From Paragordius varius (taxonomy: Eukaryota; Animalia; Nematomorpha), in assembly GCA_964247055.1 (NCBI GenBank), contig OZ176059.1, forward strand, positions 3,534,001 through 3,598,000: 64,000 nt of DNA. Direction: 5' to 3'. The translations under genes and the position numbers were made by a program. Below the pieces are notes generated by a model. The model was not told where the DNA came from, did not search any database, and was given only the letters and a program-made list of their open reading frames with translations. Every line of letters starts with the position of its first letter. The stretch's first letter is position 1. Of the stretch, positions 13,223 through 27,430 are shown piece by piece.

Positions 13223-14683
13223 TAAATATGGGAGTTAAGGTCACAGTTGTTGTAGTTGTTATGTTTATTTAATTTTAAATAAAACATAGGCATCCTATCA
13301 TTAAAATCAATTATAATTGACGTGATATAAGATTATTTTAAAATAATTGCTTATTCCATTTATGCAAAGATTCAGTTATTTTATTTTTGAAAATTAAAAA
13401 GTAATGCTCAATGATGGGTCCAAACTAAACAGCCAATGGAAAGAAACTTTCACGTAATATATTTTTGATATGGCGTGACAACCATACTTTTTGAACCTTT
13501 TATCCTATAAAAAATCATTTAATTTGAAGCGTAAAATACACAATTAATTGTGTAACCAATTATTCGATATTATAATTATAAAACAATGAGTCATATTTAT
13601 AATCAAGATTTAAAAGTCGGAAATTGATTTTATTGAAAATTTTGTCCGTATATTCCGATTTTACTGTAATTTTTAATATAATTTACATGGTGATATATTA
13701 AAAATATTTATGACATACAACACAAGTTACAATAAAAAAATTAAAAAAATGTTACATTTGTTATTGATTTGTGTAGTAAATACATTAACAAATTTTTTAT
13801 AGACATTAATATACTTTATTAGGTTTCTAGATAACCAAAACATCAATTTTTTTAGCCAATACTTTGTTATTGGTCAATTTCAAAATAATATTATATTACA
13901 TGTCAAGTGAGTTTTGGTTAAATTATTTAATATTTCCATATTAATACCAAGCATAAAGAAGATGGCATATTCATATTTGCATATATACCCTTTTATATAT
14001 ATTTATTATGAAAAAACTTTTAAAACAAAATCATCACAGATTTTTTAAAACGAAAACTTTTTTACGTAAACGCCATATCTTTTTATACGATGTATTTAAA
14101 TTATCAATTTAAAAAGCAATAACTGTTAACCTTGCTCTGAACTAATTCTCAACTTCAACTAGAAGAAAGTCAAATTTTTAACCAAATTTAATTTAGCTAT
14201 ACATTATTTTATAATTTACTCTACGTAAAATACATCAGCGCATTTTAGGGTGGAATTTGTAACATAGTGTGAGTTTTTAGATGAAAATTTATCTTTTTTT
14301 ACTTTGTGTGAATAGTCAATATTTTTTTAAAGTTTTAAATATAAGTCGCTAAAAATTGAATATAAAAACTTTCTACATCATTTTGTATAAATCGTGTATT
14401 TGATTTTCATTTCAGCTATTTAGTTATCAAATGTTTCAACTTTTTAATCTATGACTTGAATTTTCAGCTCAATATATTTATAAATATAATTATTGGCATT
14501 TAAAACATGAGTTATTAAAACCTATAAATTAAAAAATAATATTCAATCCATTAGTGATTCTTTCATATATGTATGTAGTATGTAATTAGATATTATATTA
14601 ACTTATTTTATATAGCGAACTTATATTAATTTTTGCCCATTATTTCTGTTTTATAAATTTTATTTTATTAGCAAATTAAATTA

Positions 14684-15025
14684 CAACTGACTTTATTGTT
14701 GGCCAATTAGCTATACAGTAGCGTATATTTAAAAATTTTTTTGTTTATAAATAAGTAAATGATAAAATAAATACTAATTAAAATATTTTTAAAATGGATA
14801 AGATTGTAGGATGAAAATATACTAGATTTGGTATTGCAAATAAAGTTCCTATTATTTTTAATTAAATTTACATAAAGCAAATAATAATTTTTATCCAAAA
14901 CAAATTTAATGTTGTATATATCAAAAAAAAATTATTTCACACCGTTTGTTGTTTTTTACTCACACGTTACTGTATTGCCAATTGGCCTAAAATAATGCGA
15001 AATAGGCAATAAAAGTGGGTATTTG
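14684..15025. mobile_element. MITE-2
   Basis: ctttattgttggccaattagctatacagtagcgt ... acgttactgtattgccaattggcc..caataaaagtgggta. Confidence 0.7.
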
Positions 15026-15534
15026 AATATACTTTAAGTTTATCACAAATAGGCTCTAAAGGTTTAATCAGTTGGGTTTTCAATGTAATTGTCAGACTTT
15101 TTAAAAGGGTACATTTCACTCGGTTTTTGATGAAATGTTGGCTCTAAAAAACTAAAATTATAAAAATATACATTAAACTTTTAAACAGAATAACATATTT
15201 GAATTTAAATATTTTGGCAAGAAAGGTGTATTTTACATTTATAGCATAGCATGAAAATAAAAAAAATACCAAACAAATTGTACATAAAATGACTAAAACT
15301 AAGAAAAAGTGACATATATTTACCGATATATTACCAAGGTGTTTTTGGGAAACATACATAGAATTTAAATGTAAATTGAAAATGACATAAATACTGATAT
15401 AATCTAACCTACAGAAATATATTACATATTTTTTGAAGAGACTGAATAAATGACATATTTTGTGCAATCAATTATTTCCCGCTATTGTGGTTGATGAATG
15501 TTTATCATTAACAAAAGAATTTATACGATTTTCT

Positions 15535-15890
15535 AAATAGATGGCAAGTTTATTAAAATTAGATAATAAATTTTGTTTCAATTTAATTTTAATTTATAAT
15601 TTTTATTGACTGATTGTGGGACTTTTGTTTCTTTTAAATCGATAAAAAAATTGTTATTAATATTCATTAGATAAAAAGTAACTGAGGTACCTTATTCATT
15701 GTTAGTAAAATCCTCATTCATCCAAAAAATATTAAATTTTGGCTATCAACAGGCCAAATATAATAATATAAATTTTAAAATATCCTTAATAATGTTATAA
15801 AACTTTTTTTGCAAAGGAAAATATTGAAAATTTATTATAATGGTTAATTATCTAATAAAATATTATTTTATGGTGTCATTATTGTAAATT
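15535..15890 (+). promoter_or_regulatory. U2 upstream (candidate snRNA promoter) module
   Basis: Directly 5' of the U2 fragment; blocks agatggca, tgtgggact, gtaaaatcct, tttggctatcaac and ttattataatggttaatta recur in paralogous modules. Confidence 0.45.
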
Positions 15891-15922
15891 TCTCGGCCTC
15901 TTGGCTAAGATCAAAGTGTCGT
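15886..15922 (+). ncRNA. U2: U2 snRNA 5' fragment (about nt 6-38), pseudogenic
   Basis: TTCTCGGCCTCTTGGCTAAGATCAAAGTGTCGT matches the invertebrate U2 5' end TTCTCGGCCTTATGGCTAAGATCAAAGTGTAGT with 3 mismatches; similarity stops abruptly after 15922. Confidence 0.85.
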
Positions 15923-16404
15923 CCCTTCTTACCTTAAAATTTTTAATAATAATCAAACATGATTTTATGCCATCTTTTATACTTTTGCAAATGTTTAACT
16001 GTCCCTTTTTATTTATATTATCTTTTGCACTTTCATACCTTGTTTTTTTTATTTTTGTGCCTTTTTAAATCTCGCCCTTTGGTATTATTCGCTTCCCTCT
16101 TAATTATTTCTTGTGTACCCCCTTTTTAAAATTTGGCGCTTTCCTGAACCTCTTTTTCTAACGGCTGTTTTTATATACTTCCACCCTTTTTTTTACTCTT
16201 TTTGCTTTAAATTCGCGCTCTCGCCATTTTTTAACGGTTTTTTATTCATTTCCTCCATCTTTGTTATTGTTAATTGAATTCGCGCCTCTCTTCATCTTTT
16301 AGTTGCATGTGGTTTTTACTGCTAATCGTGTGTCTTTGAATTCCCGGCCCCCTTTTGGTTATAAATCAATTGTCCGGGTGACTATATCAAAAAAAATGTA
16401 AAAC

Positions 16405-16765
16405 CTATTAAATCTTTTTACTCTTCAAAATTGGATAATATTTACCTCAATGTGATAAAATTTATAGGAACAAACGTGTTTTAGCCACACATATTCGTTC
16501 GGTTCATGAACAAATTAAATATACATACAAAATTTGTTTTAAGTTGTTTTCCGACAAAAGCTCTATTACTCAGCACATTTATTCAGTCCATGAAAAAATT
16601 AAACATGAATGTCCGATTTGTAAAAATGCATTTACTAAAAAATGCCATCTTGTAACACATATTCAGAGTGTTCACAGGAAAATTAAATATGAATGTCCAA
16701 TTTGCCTTAAGGAATATACTGGAAAAGGCAATTTTACCAAGCATATTAATAATGTACATAATTGA
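16405..16765 (+). pseudogene. Zinc-finger family copy 3, 5'-truncated (fingers only)
   Basis: Two degenerate fingers, then HECPICKNAFTKKCHLVTHIQSVH and YECPICLKEYTGKGNFTKHINNVHN; shared 3' flank; no N-terminal domain. Confidence 0.8.
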
Positions 16766-16965
16766 ACACTTAATTCAACATATATAATATATTTAATGTT
16801 GCATTAAATGTATTTTGTTTAAATATCCATTTCGTAAATAAAAGATATTGAGATTCATATTATTTTATAAGACGTATTGCAATAAGCATTTTTTTTAATT
16901 AAATATTTGGCATGATATTTGACCGCTCTTGTTTAGAGTTTTTTTTGTAGATAATATATAATTTA

Positions 16966-17218
16966 CAGTAAAAATCAAAATTATACGGACAAAACGTAAA
17001 ATTTAAAGTTTTTTTCTTACAGATAACCATAACTTTTAGATCTTGATTTTCTTATTCCGACTGATTGTTTCAGATTGCAAAATAAATTAGAAACAATATG
17101 TACTTCACAATTCAACTTCATTAGTTTTTGTATGAAAAATTAAATTTTAAAATGTAGGGTTGTTTAAAAAAAATTCACTATATATTACGTTTAGTGCGTT
17201 AAGTTTCGATTTTAACTG
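16966..17218. mobile_element. MITE-1 downstream of copy 3
   Basis: ta|cagtaaaaatcaaaattatacggacaaaacgt ... gattttaactg|ta. Confidence 0.8.
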
Positions 17219-17220
17219 TA

Positions 17221-17408
17221 CTGTAGTGACTTAATTATTCGCCAATTAGCAATACAATAACGTATGATATAAACAACTTCTGTCCATGAACTAATAAACA
17301 AATATGTTGTAAAAAGAAAAATATATATACCGTTTGCTGTTTTTTATCACAAGTTACTGTATTGTCAATCAAAATAATGTGAACTGTCCAACAAAAGTGG
17401 GTATCTTG
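17221..17408. mobile_element. MITE-2 abutting MITE-1
   Basis: gccaattagcaatacaataacgt ... gttactgtattgtcaa..ccaacaaaagtgggta. Confidence 0.62.
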
Positions 17409-18340
17409 AAATACTCTAAGTTTTTTATCTATATAACAAATATGCTTTACGGTTTTAATAGGCCTGCCACGCTTTTTTAATGTAAATTATTATCAGGTTA
17501 AACCTTTCAGCCCATCACCTTTCCTTTAAATAACATAAGCACTAAGAAACTAAAACTATTAAATTTCATTAAATATATTTATAAGAATCTTTTAGTATAG
17601 GACTATTAAAAAAAGCATGAAAATTAAAAAATATTAAACAACTTTTATATAAAATGCCTTAAATAACAAAAAAATAATAGATTTACCAACATATTATTAA
17701 TTGCTTATTTGTAAGTAAACATAAAAATAATAAATTAAAAATAAAGTAATAACCAAATATCATCCAGCCTATAATATACCACATATAATTAAAATTGAAG
17801 GATAAAACGTATGGTATAAAAAGAATGTTTTTTCAAAAATTAGCATATTTTTATATGCCATGTTTTTAAATATTAGCATTTTCTATGAATTTATCCTCTT
17901 TTGTATCCACCCAATGAATAGGTTAATTAGCCAAAATTTATCAAATTAACAATTTATGGCATTAACAAAGGTTTAATTACATATAAAACCTAAATTTTAT
18001 ACATAAATAGCTTCCAAAATAATTTTATCCATATTTTTAAATCTATCAAGTGTGCCCTACACCACACTTGCACCCTAAATTTGTTTAATTATTTATGGAC
18101 ACAATTAGTTTTATATCATGCGCTACTACTATGGCTAACAATAACGTAAGTGCTGTAATTTATTTTTGAATAAAATCCAAAACAAATCGGTCAAATAGCA
18201 TTCCAAATATTTTATTAACCAAAATGCCTATTGCAAAACGTCTCCATAAAAGCTGAATCTAAATATCTTTTATTGCGAAATGGATAGTTAAACAAAATTA
18301 TATATAATGCTACATGTATTATATATGTTGAATAAAGTCT

Positions 18341-20419
18341 TCAATTATGTACATTTTTAATATGCTTGGTAAGATTGCCTTTTCCAATATATTCATTGTT
18401 GCAAATCGGGCATTCATGTTTAATTTGTCATGAACAGATTGAACGTGTCTTGCAACATCTGCTTTTCCGGTAAATTCTTTTTTACAAATCGGACATTCAT
18501 GTTTAATTTTCTCATGAACTAAATCTAGAAAGATGGCCTTTGTCAGAAAACCACTTTGAACAAATTTTGCACGGATATTTAACTTGATCATGAACAGAAC
18601 GAATATGTTTAGTTAAGGTGCTTTAATACATATATATCTTATCACATTGAATACATTGAAAATTATTACCCAATTTTGAAGAATTTAAAGATTCAAATGG
18701 TTTTGCATTATTATTGTTATCATTAAATAAATTGTTAATATTATTCAAACTTATGTCATTGGAAGCAACATTTGGGCATACCAAAGTAATATCTTTTACA
18801 TTTTTTGGTGATTTTTTTAGAGAAAGATCTAAAGGTTCTGTCTGTTCTCCTACCAAATCAATAATTAGGGTATTTTTGTTGGTTTTGGTATCATTTTTAT
18901 TTTCATAGTCTAAATTATTATTTTGTTGAGTATTTTCGCTTTTATGTTCCCTTAAATAACAAAGGTTATGGAAAGAAGCGTTCAAAATTCTCCGTAAATC
19001 ATCATTTGTAAAGTCTTCATTTTCCAATAAATTAAGAAATGATGCCGGTTTAGATGGATCATCAATATACGTTTCTTGTTGATGTGTAAGTTCTATTTAT
19101 AAAGCTTTGTATCGAGATCACACCAAAGTTTGTAAGCCGAATCGCCGAAATCTATAAAAATTTGTTAGAAATGTAATTTAATAAGTCAAGTTATCAATAA
19201 TGAAACAATAAATCTTAACAGTCCAAGAAATGACTTAAAAATCAGTTGTACAGGTTTATTATTGCAACTCTAAATAATACAAACATACATTAAAATATTA
19301 CAGCAATGATTAAATTTGACAGATAAAATTTAAAAGCATAAAGAAAAATAATTTTTTATACATTAAAACCATACTTATCAAAAGAAAAATTCTACATAGA
19401 CTATTTTATTATATGTGATATCTAGAATTGATTATATAATAAAAACAAATATTATATGGATTAAAAGTCAAAATATAAAGACAAAAATTTTCTCTAAAAG
19501 ACAACCATACTTTTATAAGCCTTTATTTTTCTTATATTAATTAAATAATTACAATTGTAATATATATTGTGTAACAATTCAAAGCAATAGTTATCTTTTT
19601 TTTAAATCAAGAATAAAAAGTAAGAAAATAGATTTGTCTTTGTATTTTCAAGTTTTGTCCGTATAATATGAAATTTTGCTGTATAACAATTATATCTTTG
19701 TGGTCTTTATTGCAACTCAAATCCATGAGTGTTATATAAATATAAGGTATGGCTGTTAAAAAATATATTTTAGCTTCTTATATCTGTACGTTATTGGATT
19801 TTAGTGGAATTAAATGTAGTCTCAAATTTTGACTAAAATATAAATCCAATATTATTGTAAGGTTGCATACGCTTATAAAGCTCGGTGAAATTTTCAAATA
19901 CAGTGAAAATTAAAAATGAAAAGGCTATTATATAGAAGATTAATTTAAATTTTATAGAGATTAAATATTTTTCTCAAAAGTGGTGTAGACTTTATGAAAT
20001 TAAAAAATTATGAACAAAAAACACAGGTATATTTGTTAATCATATTAGATATAATTTATATAATTTTACCAATTTGTTAATTAATAAAAATGTTAATGAA
20101 TAATAGTATTAGGTAATTATATGTTTAATATTAATTATTTAAAACAAGTTTTTGGAATCAGAAAATTTATTAAAAAATAAGTTAATTATTAAAAATAATT
20201 ATATGGCAATAAATTAATAAAATAAAAGTTTAAATAATCTAAAAATATAAAATTTTAAAATAATGTGTTATATATTGATGATATTTGAAAACAAAAAAAT
20301 AATATGATAATAAAAAAAATTAAGTTATAAATATAATGATATTAAAATTTTATTTAATATATGTATGCCAAATTTTAAATTGATATTTATTAAATATAAA
20401 AACTATAAAATATACCCAT
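18341..20419 (-). pseudogene. Zinc-finger family copy 4 (inverted), disabled
   Basis: Exon 1 ATG at 20419-20417; exon 2 is 19151-18341. 1-nt deletion in YKVEL codons; stop after DKIYMY; further deletions in the fingers. Confidence 0.85.
19437..19681. mobile_element. MITE-1 in the intron of copy 4
   Basis: Degenerate left arm, clear right arm ttttgtccgtataatatgaaattttgctg|ta. Confidence 0.65.
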
Positions 20420-20674
20420 TTTCCAAATAATTTGAATATTTTAATGAATAATAAAAAGCAGACAATTAAAAAACCGTTAAAAAATGAAATCGTCTGTCGT
20501 TTTATTATATTTATTTTATTGTTTTTCAATTATTTTATGGTAAAACTATATTCTAAAAATTAAAAATACTTAATTATTTAAAAATAATTTTTCATATGAA
20601 ATATTGAAATAGCCCGGCTTTATTTATTAACATTATATTAGATTATATTTTATTGATTAATAAAATATTTTTAA

Positions 20675-21110
20675 AAATCCGTTTAGTTAAATCCCTAATA
20701 TTTCCTAGCATGATATACGCATCAGGAAGCAGGACAATAAAAAGGTAGACGAAAAATACATAAACGCCTTCGAAATCTGGTGACTTGGAAAGACAAAATA
20801 AAGAATACTGTATGACAAAATAAACCCCAAGATACACTGATTGACACGTGCCTCAAAATGAAATAATCATACTTTGGTCACATTACCAGAGCTAATGACT
20901 TGGAATTCCAACTAATGACAGTCAAGGGGGTCGAAGGATCCAGGAAACGTAGAGGCTACAAGATGCGCTAGATCGAAAACCTAACCAAAGAAACCAATCT
21001 CTCTTTACAACAGCTAACATCACTCACTTACAATCGAATAAACTGGAGAAAATACACCTTCGAAAAAGCAATAAATCGACAACGATCTTTGCTACAATAA
21101 ATAAGTACGT
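20675..21110 (+). mobile_element. 5'-truncated RTE-clade LINE 3' end, not in the ORF track
   Basis: Hand translation across stops: RLVKSLIFPSMIYAS..DEKYINAFEIW..YFGHITRANDLEFQLM..VEGSRKRRG..NRINWRK. Confidence 0.8.
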
Positions 21111-21618
21111 TTTCATGGAAAATGCGTCTTTCTTTCGCTTCAACAAGTGAATAGTCAAATTGAATAATTGTGCCTATTTGGGAAAAACTGAGAGCATAAA
21201 ATCGCTAAAAATTGATGGAATATAAAAAGTTAATTTGGATTTTTACAACATTTCTGCTAAAAAAATATATTAATTATTGACTTAAGTTTTATTACATGTA
21301 AATAACCATTGTATCTACGAAAATGAATTAGAACCTTAAATTAAAAAAAGTTACTCAAAAAAATAGTTTAATATCTATCTATATGTATTATTTATGTAAG
21401 GACAATGTATTTACAGTAAAAATTGAAATTATACGGACAAAACTTAAAAATATAATAACTATTTTTTTCAAAAAACAACCATACTCCTAAACTATGGTGT
21501 GTATATAAAAGTGATTGTATAATTAACATTATACTTTGTTGTTTAAAACAATGACTTAATTTAAACACTACTATCTTTATTTTATTAAAAAGCAGTTAAT
21601 TTATTTTATTTATCAATA

Positions 21619-21865
21619 CAGTTTTAATTGATATACAGACAAAACGTAAAATATAGTCAAATTTTCAGCACTTTAAATTTTTATTTTTTTTATATATCAT
21701 TCGTTAATATTTCAAAGTAGTAAAAGTTTATGCTAAACACAATCAATACATATTTCTTAATTCTAACAATACAATTTTTATGCCGAAAATGTTTATAAAA
21801 TGGATATCTTTTAAATAATTCTTTATATTTTTACGTTTTTTGCCGTATAAGTTTAATTTTTACTG
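21619..21865. mobile_element. MITE-1 (another left arm lies at 21414)
   Basis: ta|cagttttaattgatatacagacaaaacgt ... tgccgtataagtttaatttttactg. Confidence 0.65.
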
Positions 21866-23609
21866 AATCATGGAAGAATTCCCTTTATGTTGCTATTGAT
21901 ACCCAAATATGGACAAAACACAGCACTCTATATATTCGTGCCTCCTAAAAATGTTTATATTTTTTAAAAATGGTAGAATGTAGAATAATTGAGAGAATTT
22001 CGCATAATATAAAAGGTAATTTATATCAAAATAATCGAATGGATATAAATTAAAATTATTTTCGACTTTTATTTAATGCGAATTCTAGCTTAATTTCACA
22101 ATAAAATATTATAAATTTCAACATTAAACAAGATATAATGATAATTGAAAATTAATAAAAATATTTAGAAGAAAATCAAAACAATTTTTTCAGTCATGTA
22201 CTTTATTATTGGTGAGTCAACATTGTAACATAACTTTTTATACATTCCTAATAAACTATCTTTGAACTAATTACGATATATATTAAATATAAACATTAAA
22301 AAGATGGCATATACTTAACAATTCAATTTATATAGTTAATTTTTACATTTATCCGCTATAAGAAAATATATGTGAAAATGATCATTCACTTAGTATATAG
22401 GTTTTAAACGAAATTTCTGTGATGGTAATTTACCAAATAAATATGATTAGCGATAATACATACAAAATTATACGAGTAAACAATGGTTATAATATTTGCA
22501 TAGTACAAAAATATAAAATACTACAATTTTTATTATTATATATAAAAAAAAATTTCAACAAACTTGTATAATTAATAACACATATTCTCAAAGACTACTT
22601 GTTTTCGTTAATTCGACTTGAAGCACCAAATAAAGTCAAATTTTTCTTAAAAAAACTCAGCGTTATATTTTTAAACCCTCGGATTAATATTCCAATTAAT
22701 TTATATCCTCTTTCTAAAGGCTTCTTTCTTAAATTATAAAATTGAAATATATAAAAAAAATTATTCGATAGGAAAAGTATCAGGAATATCATAGGGCTTT
22801 TGGTTTGGATCCTCACGACTGATTTAACAAAATTACACTTTAATTGTAACGGTTTATTAACAGAGTATGGCGAAATTTGCGCACATTATGTTAAATATAT
22901 TTTTTTTGATAAAGGTTTTACGGTTCATTTGTAAATATCAGGAAATTATATCATAACTATTTATAAAAAGCAAAACAATATTTTAATAAAATTTTAATTT
23001 AAAGTGTGGGACTCGAAAGTCCCAAATTTCATCGATCTTCATAAATGGGCTAGTTATTTTAAAATAAACTCGAAAATGCTGAGATTAAATTTCCGAGGTG
23101 ATTGAAATGTTTAACATTATCAATATATATATATCTATATATATATATATATATGATTTATCAAGATTTAAAAAGCATGGTGTTTTTTAAAAAATATTTG
23201 TCTTTTATTTTTATATTTTGCCAACATTTTTCATTTTTATTTTGTTTGACGATATAAATATACGAATTTAGAGCAGTTAATTATTTTATGTGTAATTTTT
23301 GAAAATATTCATACATAATAAATGGCAAAATATATACAACTTATTTGTGTAAACTAAACTTTTGGGTTTTTAACTCTCCTATGTGTAATATCTTGATTGT
23401 TTTCCTAAAAACTAAAATTTTTGCCTTTTTAACCCTTAGAATTTCATTTAAATAAATTAATTTATTATAATAGGTTTTTACAATGTGTCTGGGGTTTATG
23501 TTACATACTAATTTCGTAAAATAAGCATTTTTAAGGCGGTTTTATTCAAGAAATTATACAGCAATATATTACGTCAATCAGTTTCATTTATTGAATTAAG
23601 AGTTTAAAA

Positions 23610-23894
23610 CAGGGGGTTAGCACAAATGGCTTTGCAGGCCACATTTTTAGCTTACATATTCCGACGAGCCGCATTTGGGATATATATGCGGTTCATAATA
23701 ATTTAATAGATTTTTAACATAAAACATTAAAAAGAAAACGGAAAACATTCTCGTTCTGCTATTTGGATGATACACCTATTTTGTAAAAAATTGTTTAAGG
23801 AATATCATTTTTACCAAAATTATGTGATATTATTTTCGTTAATTATGAATACCAACTTTTTCTCCAACTGCACTAAAAGTCTCACCCGCTCTTG
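23610..23894 (+). mobile_element. hAT-type MITE with 8-bp TSD
   Basis: Starts CAGGGGG; gtttaaaa at both 23602-23609 and 23895-23902; right TIR degenerate. Confidence 0.65.
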
Positions 23895-24369
23895 GTTTAA
23901 AAACATTTGATTTTATTAAAATGAATAATTTCTAAATAAACTTTTCTAACCATTTTACTAGCCTTTTTTGTCATTAAAAAATAATTAACTGCTTCTTAAA
24001 AAAGTATGATATCAGAATCGCAAAAATGATTTAAAATAAATTAATAAATATTGATTAAAAATTAAAAAAATATTTTTTACAATGAAAAATAATTATCTTT
24101 AATAAATAATTGAATAATTATATCAATAAAAACTGATAAAAATGTCAATAAATATGGGTTGGTATTTTTAAAATAAAATTAGTTATTACAAATTAACTAT
24201 TTTTATATATATAAAGTATTTATATTAAATTTTAAAAATTGTAGTTTTTAAACCATCAAAATAATAGAAAAATATATAAAATGAAACGACAGACGATTTC
24301 TTTTTAAACGGTTTTTATTAATTGTCTGCTTTTTATTTATTCGAAAAAATATTCAAATATATTTGGAAA

Positions 24370-26110
24370 ATGGGTATATTTTTTATTTTTTAATTTAAAT
24401 ATACATATGATTTAATTATATTATTTTAATTATTTTAAATTAATATATATATATATATATTTAAATAATTTACAATATCATTATTTTCATAAATTATATT
24501 TTTGAAAATATACAATATATATGTATTATTAATTGAATTTTTGATTTAATTTAGATCATCTTTTTTTTAAAATATATTAGCATATTAAAGAGTATGGATT
24601 TTGAAATTTTTATTATTTTTTATTTTTATATAATTATTTTTAATAATAATTTATTAAAAATTCATCATATAAATATAATTTCAATAAATATATCGAAAAA
24701 ATTAAATTCCATATATACCAATGTTTCATCAATAAATTCATTATTAATCAAATTGCCTCATGTAATTCATGTACGTTTTAATTAGATAATTGATAAAATT
24801 TAACTGATTATGCAATAATGAATTCTAGTTTTTTTTATTTAAAACATTTTTCTAATCTTATTTTATCACGCTTTTCTTAAAAAAATATTATGTATAGATT
24901 TTATTAATATTAATTTATAATGTCCTTTAGTTTTTTTTATAGATTATTTTACATATTTTTTTTCTTAAGTCTAATTAAAGTTTATCTTTGCAAAGTTACT
25001 CAAATATTACAGTAAAAATTAAAATTATACGGAGAAAACCTAAATATATAAAGACAAATATCAAAATATCTCTAATTTTTACTTGGCAATTCTAAACCGT
25101 GATATTTAAGTAAAAAAGCAACATTAAAAAAGTATGTGGTAACATCTATTATATATTTTAGAACGTAAGTAAATTATTTATTTGGAAAAAATAATGTTTA
25201 AAAAGGTATGGTAATCTTTTAAGAAAATTTTTTGTCTTTTTATTTCTTACATTTTCTCTTGTATTTATTTAGTAATATTCAACTAATGTCATTAAATTAA
25301 ACCGGTTTTTGGCGTATATATTTTCGAGTCGTCATTTACAAATCATTTTTTATAATTAATTTTCACAATTTTTTTAGATTTCGGCGACTCGACTTACAAA
25401 CTTTGGTGTGATCTCGATACTAAGCTTTATAAAGTGGAACTCAAAAATCAACAAGAAACATATATTGATGATCCATCTAAACCGGCCTCATTTCTTAATT
25501 TATTAGAAAATGAAGATTTTACAAATGATGATTTACGGAGAATTTTGAACGCTTCTTTCCATAACCTTTGTTATTTGAGGGAACACAAAAGCGAAAACAC
25601 TCAACAAAATAATAATTTTGACTATGAAAATAAAAATGATACCAAAACCAACAAAGATACCCTAGTTATTGATTTGGTAGGAGAACAGACGGATTAGATC
25701 TTTCTCTGAAAAAATCACCAAAAAATGTAAAAGATATTACTTCGGTGTGTTCAAATGTTGATTACAATGACATAAGCTTTAATGATATTAACAATCTATT
25801 TAATGATAACAATAAGAATGAAAAACCAATTGAGTCCTTAAACACTCAAAATTTGGAGAATCGTTATCGATGTATTGAATGTGATAAAATTTATAAGGTT
25901 AAACATGTTTTAGCCAGACATATTCGTTCTGTTCATGAACAAGTTAAATGTTCGTGCAAAATCTGTTCGAAAATATTTTCTAGCAAAGACAATCTTGGTA
26001 ATCACATTCAATCTGTTCATGAGAAAATTAAACATAAATGTCCGATTTGCCTTAAGGAATATACCGAAAAAGGCAGTCTCGCCAGGCATATTAAAAATGT
26101 ACATAATTGA
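24370..26110 (+). pseudogene. Zinc-finger family copy 5, 3 fingers, frameshifted at PLDLS
   Basis: Exon 1 ATGG|gt at 24370-24373; exon 2 from 25378. 4-nt deletion near 25692 (ggattagat versus ggaacctttagat) breaks the frame; three intact fingers in ORF 25745-26110. Confidence 0.85.
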
Positions 26111-26562
26111 ACACTTTATAAAATACATGTATAATATATTAAATGTAGCATTAAATATATTTTGTTCAAATATCCATTTCGTAAATAAAAGATATTGAAA
26201 TTCATATTATTTTATAAAGACGTTTATTGCAAAATGCATCGTTAATAAAATATTTGGAATGATATTTGACCTTTTTCTCTAGAATTTATATTGTAGTTAA
26301 AATCGAATAACGACCAAACGTAAAAATTCAAACCCAAATACTTTTTCTTAAAGACAACCATTATATCTTGATTTCCTAAATATAACTGATTGTTTTAACT
26401 GCAGATTGTAAAATAGATTTATTGGTAAGACAATCAATTATGAACTTTACAATTCTAATTATATATACGATAAATTTGATTCTAAATTATATAGTTTGTC
26501 TTTTCAAAAAAATTGTCGTTATAAGTTCACGTTTTGTCCGTATAACTTCAATTTTTACTGTC

Positions 26563-26761
26563 TAGTTCTATATTGATGGCTAAGCAATACAGTAGCGTAC
26601 AATATAAAACAAATCTTGTCCAAAATTAATAAACAAATTTAATGTTTTAATTATAGGAAAAATATGTTTATTTCACACCGTTTCTTGTTTTTACTTACAC
26701 GTTACTCTATTGCCAATTGGCTAAAAATAATGTGAAGTGGCCAACGATAAAATGGGTATTG
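26563..26761. mobile_element. MITE-2 abutting MITE-1
   Basis: Same arms; right end aatgggtattg|ta. Confidence 0.62.
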
Positions 26762-27359
26762 TATATACTTTAAGTATTTTTATCTATATAACAAATAGAC
26801 CGTACGGTTTAATCGGCGAGCTACGCTTTTTCAATGTAATTGTCAGCTAACCTTTTAATTACGCTTGACTCGGTTTAAAAAACCGTTAAGCACTAAGAAA
26901 CTAAAACTATAAAATATTTGCCTAGAAAATGAGATAAATAAAATAATTTAAAAAATTTTTGGCAAGAAAGGTAAATTTTATATATACTAATATAAATAGC
27001 ATGAAAATTAAAAAACAATAATAAAGTTGAATATAAAATTACCTAAACTATTATTAATAATATTACTAAATATTTATTATATGAACAAACACTTAATTAC
27101 ATATACCCATTTAAACCAACCTGAAATAATATCTTATATAAAAATCAAATTATAAAATGTATAATTATATTAAAAAATAATTGACTCTTTTTTTTCAAAG
27201 GGTATGATATCACAATGTGTAAAAAAGATAAACAAATAAATAAGAATATAGTATAAATTTTACAAGTATATATAAAGTTAAAAGCAAATGAAAAATCTCA
27301 AGTAAATATAAGTATTTATTAATTAAAAAATATATATTTTTAAATAATTTTAATCATTT

Positions 27360-27430
27360 CTTAACAGTTTTTTTGAATTGTCTGCTTTTTTATTTATTCA
27401 TTATTCAAATATATTTAAAAAAATGGGTAT
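27360..27430 (+). pseudogene. Orphan exon 1 of the zinc-finger gene
   Basis: attgtctgctttttatttattc...aaaATGGgtat block (ATG at 27423) like the other exon-1 copies, with no exon 2 downstream. Confidence 0.6.
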
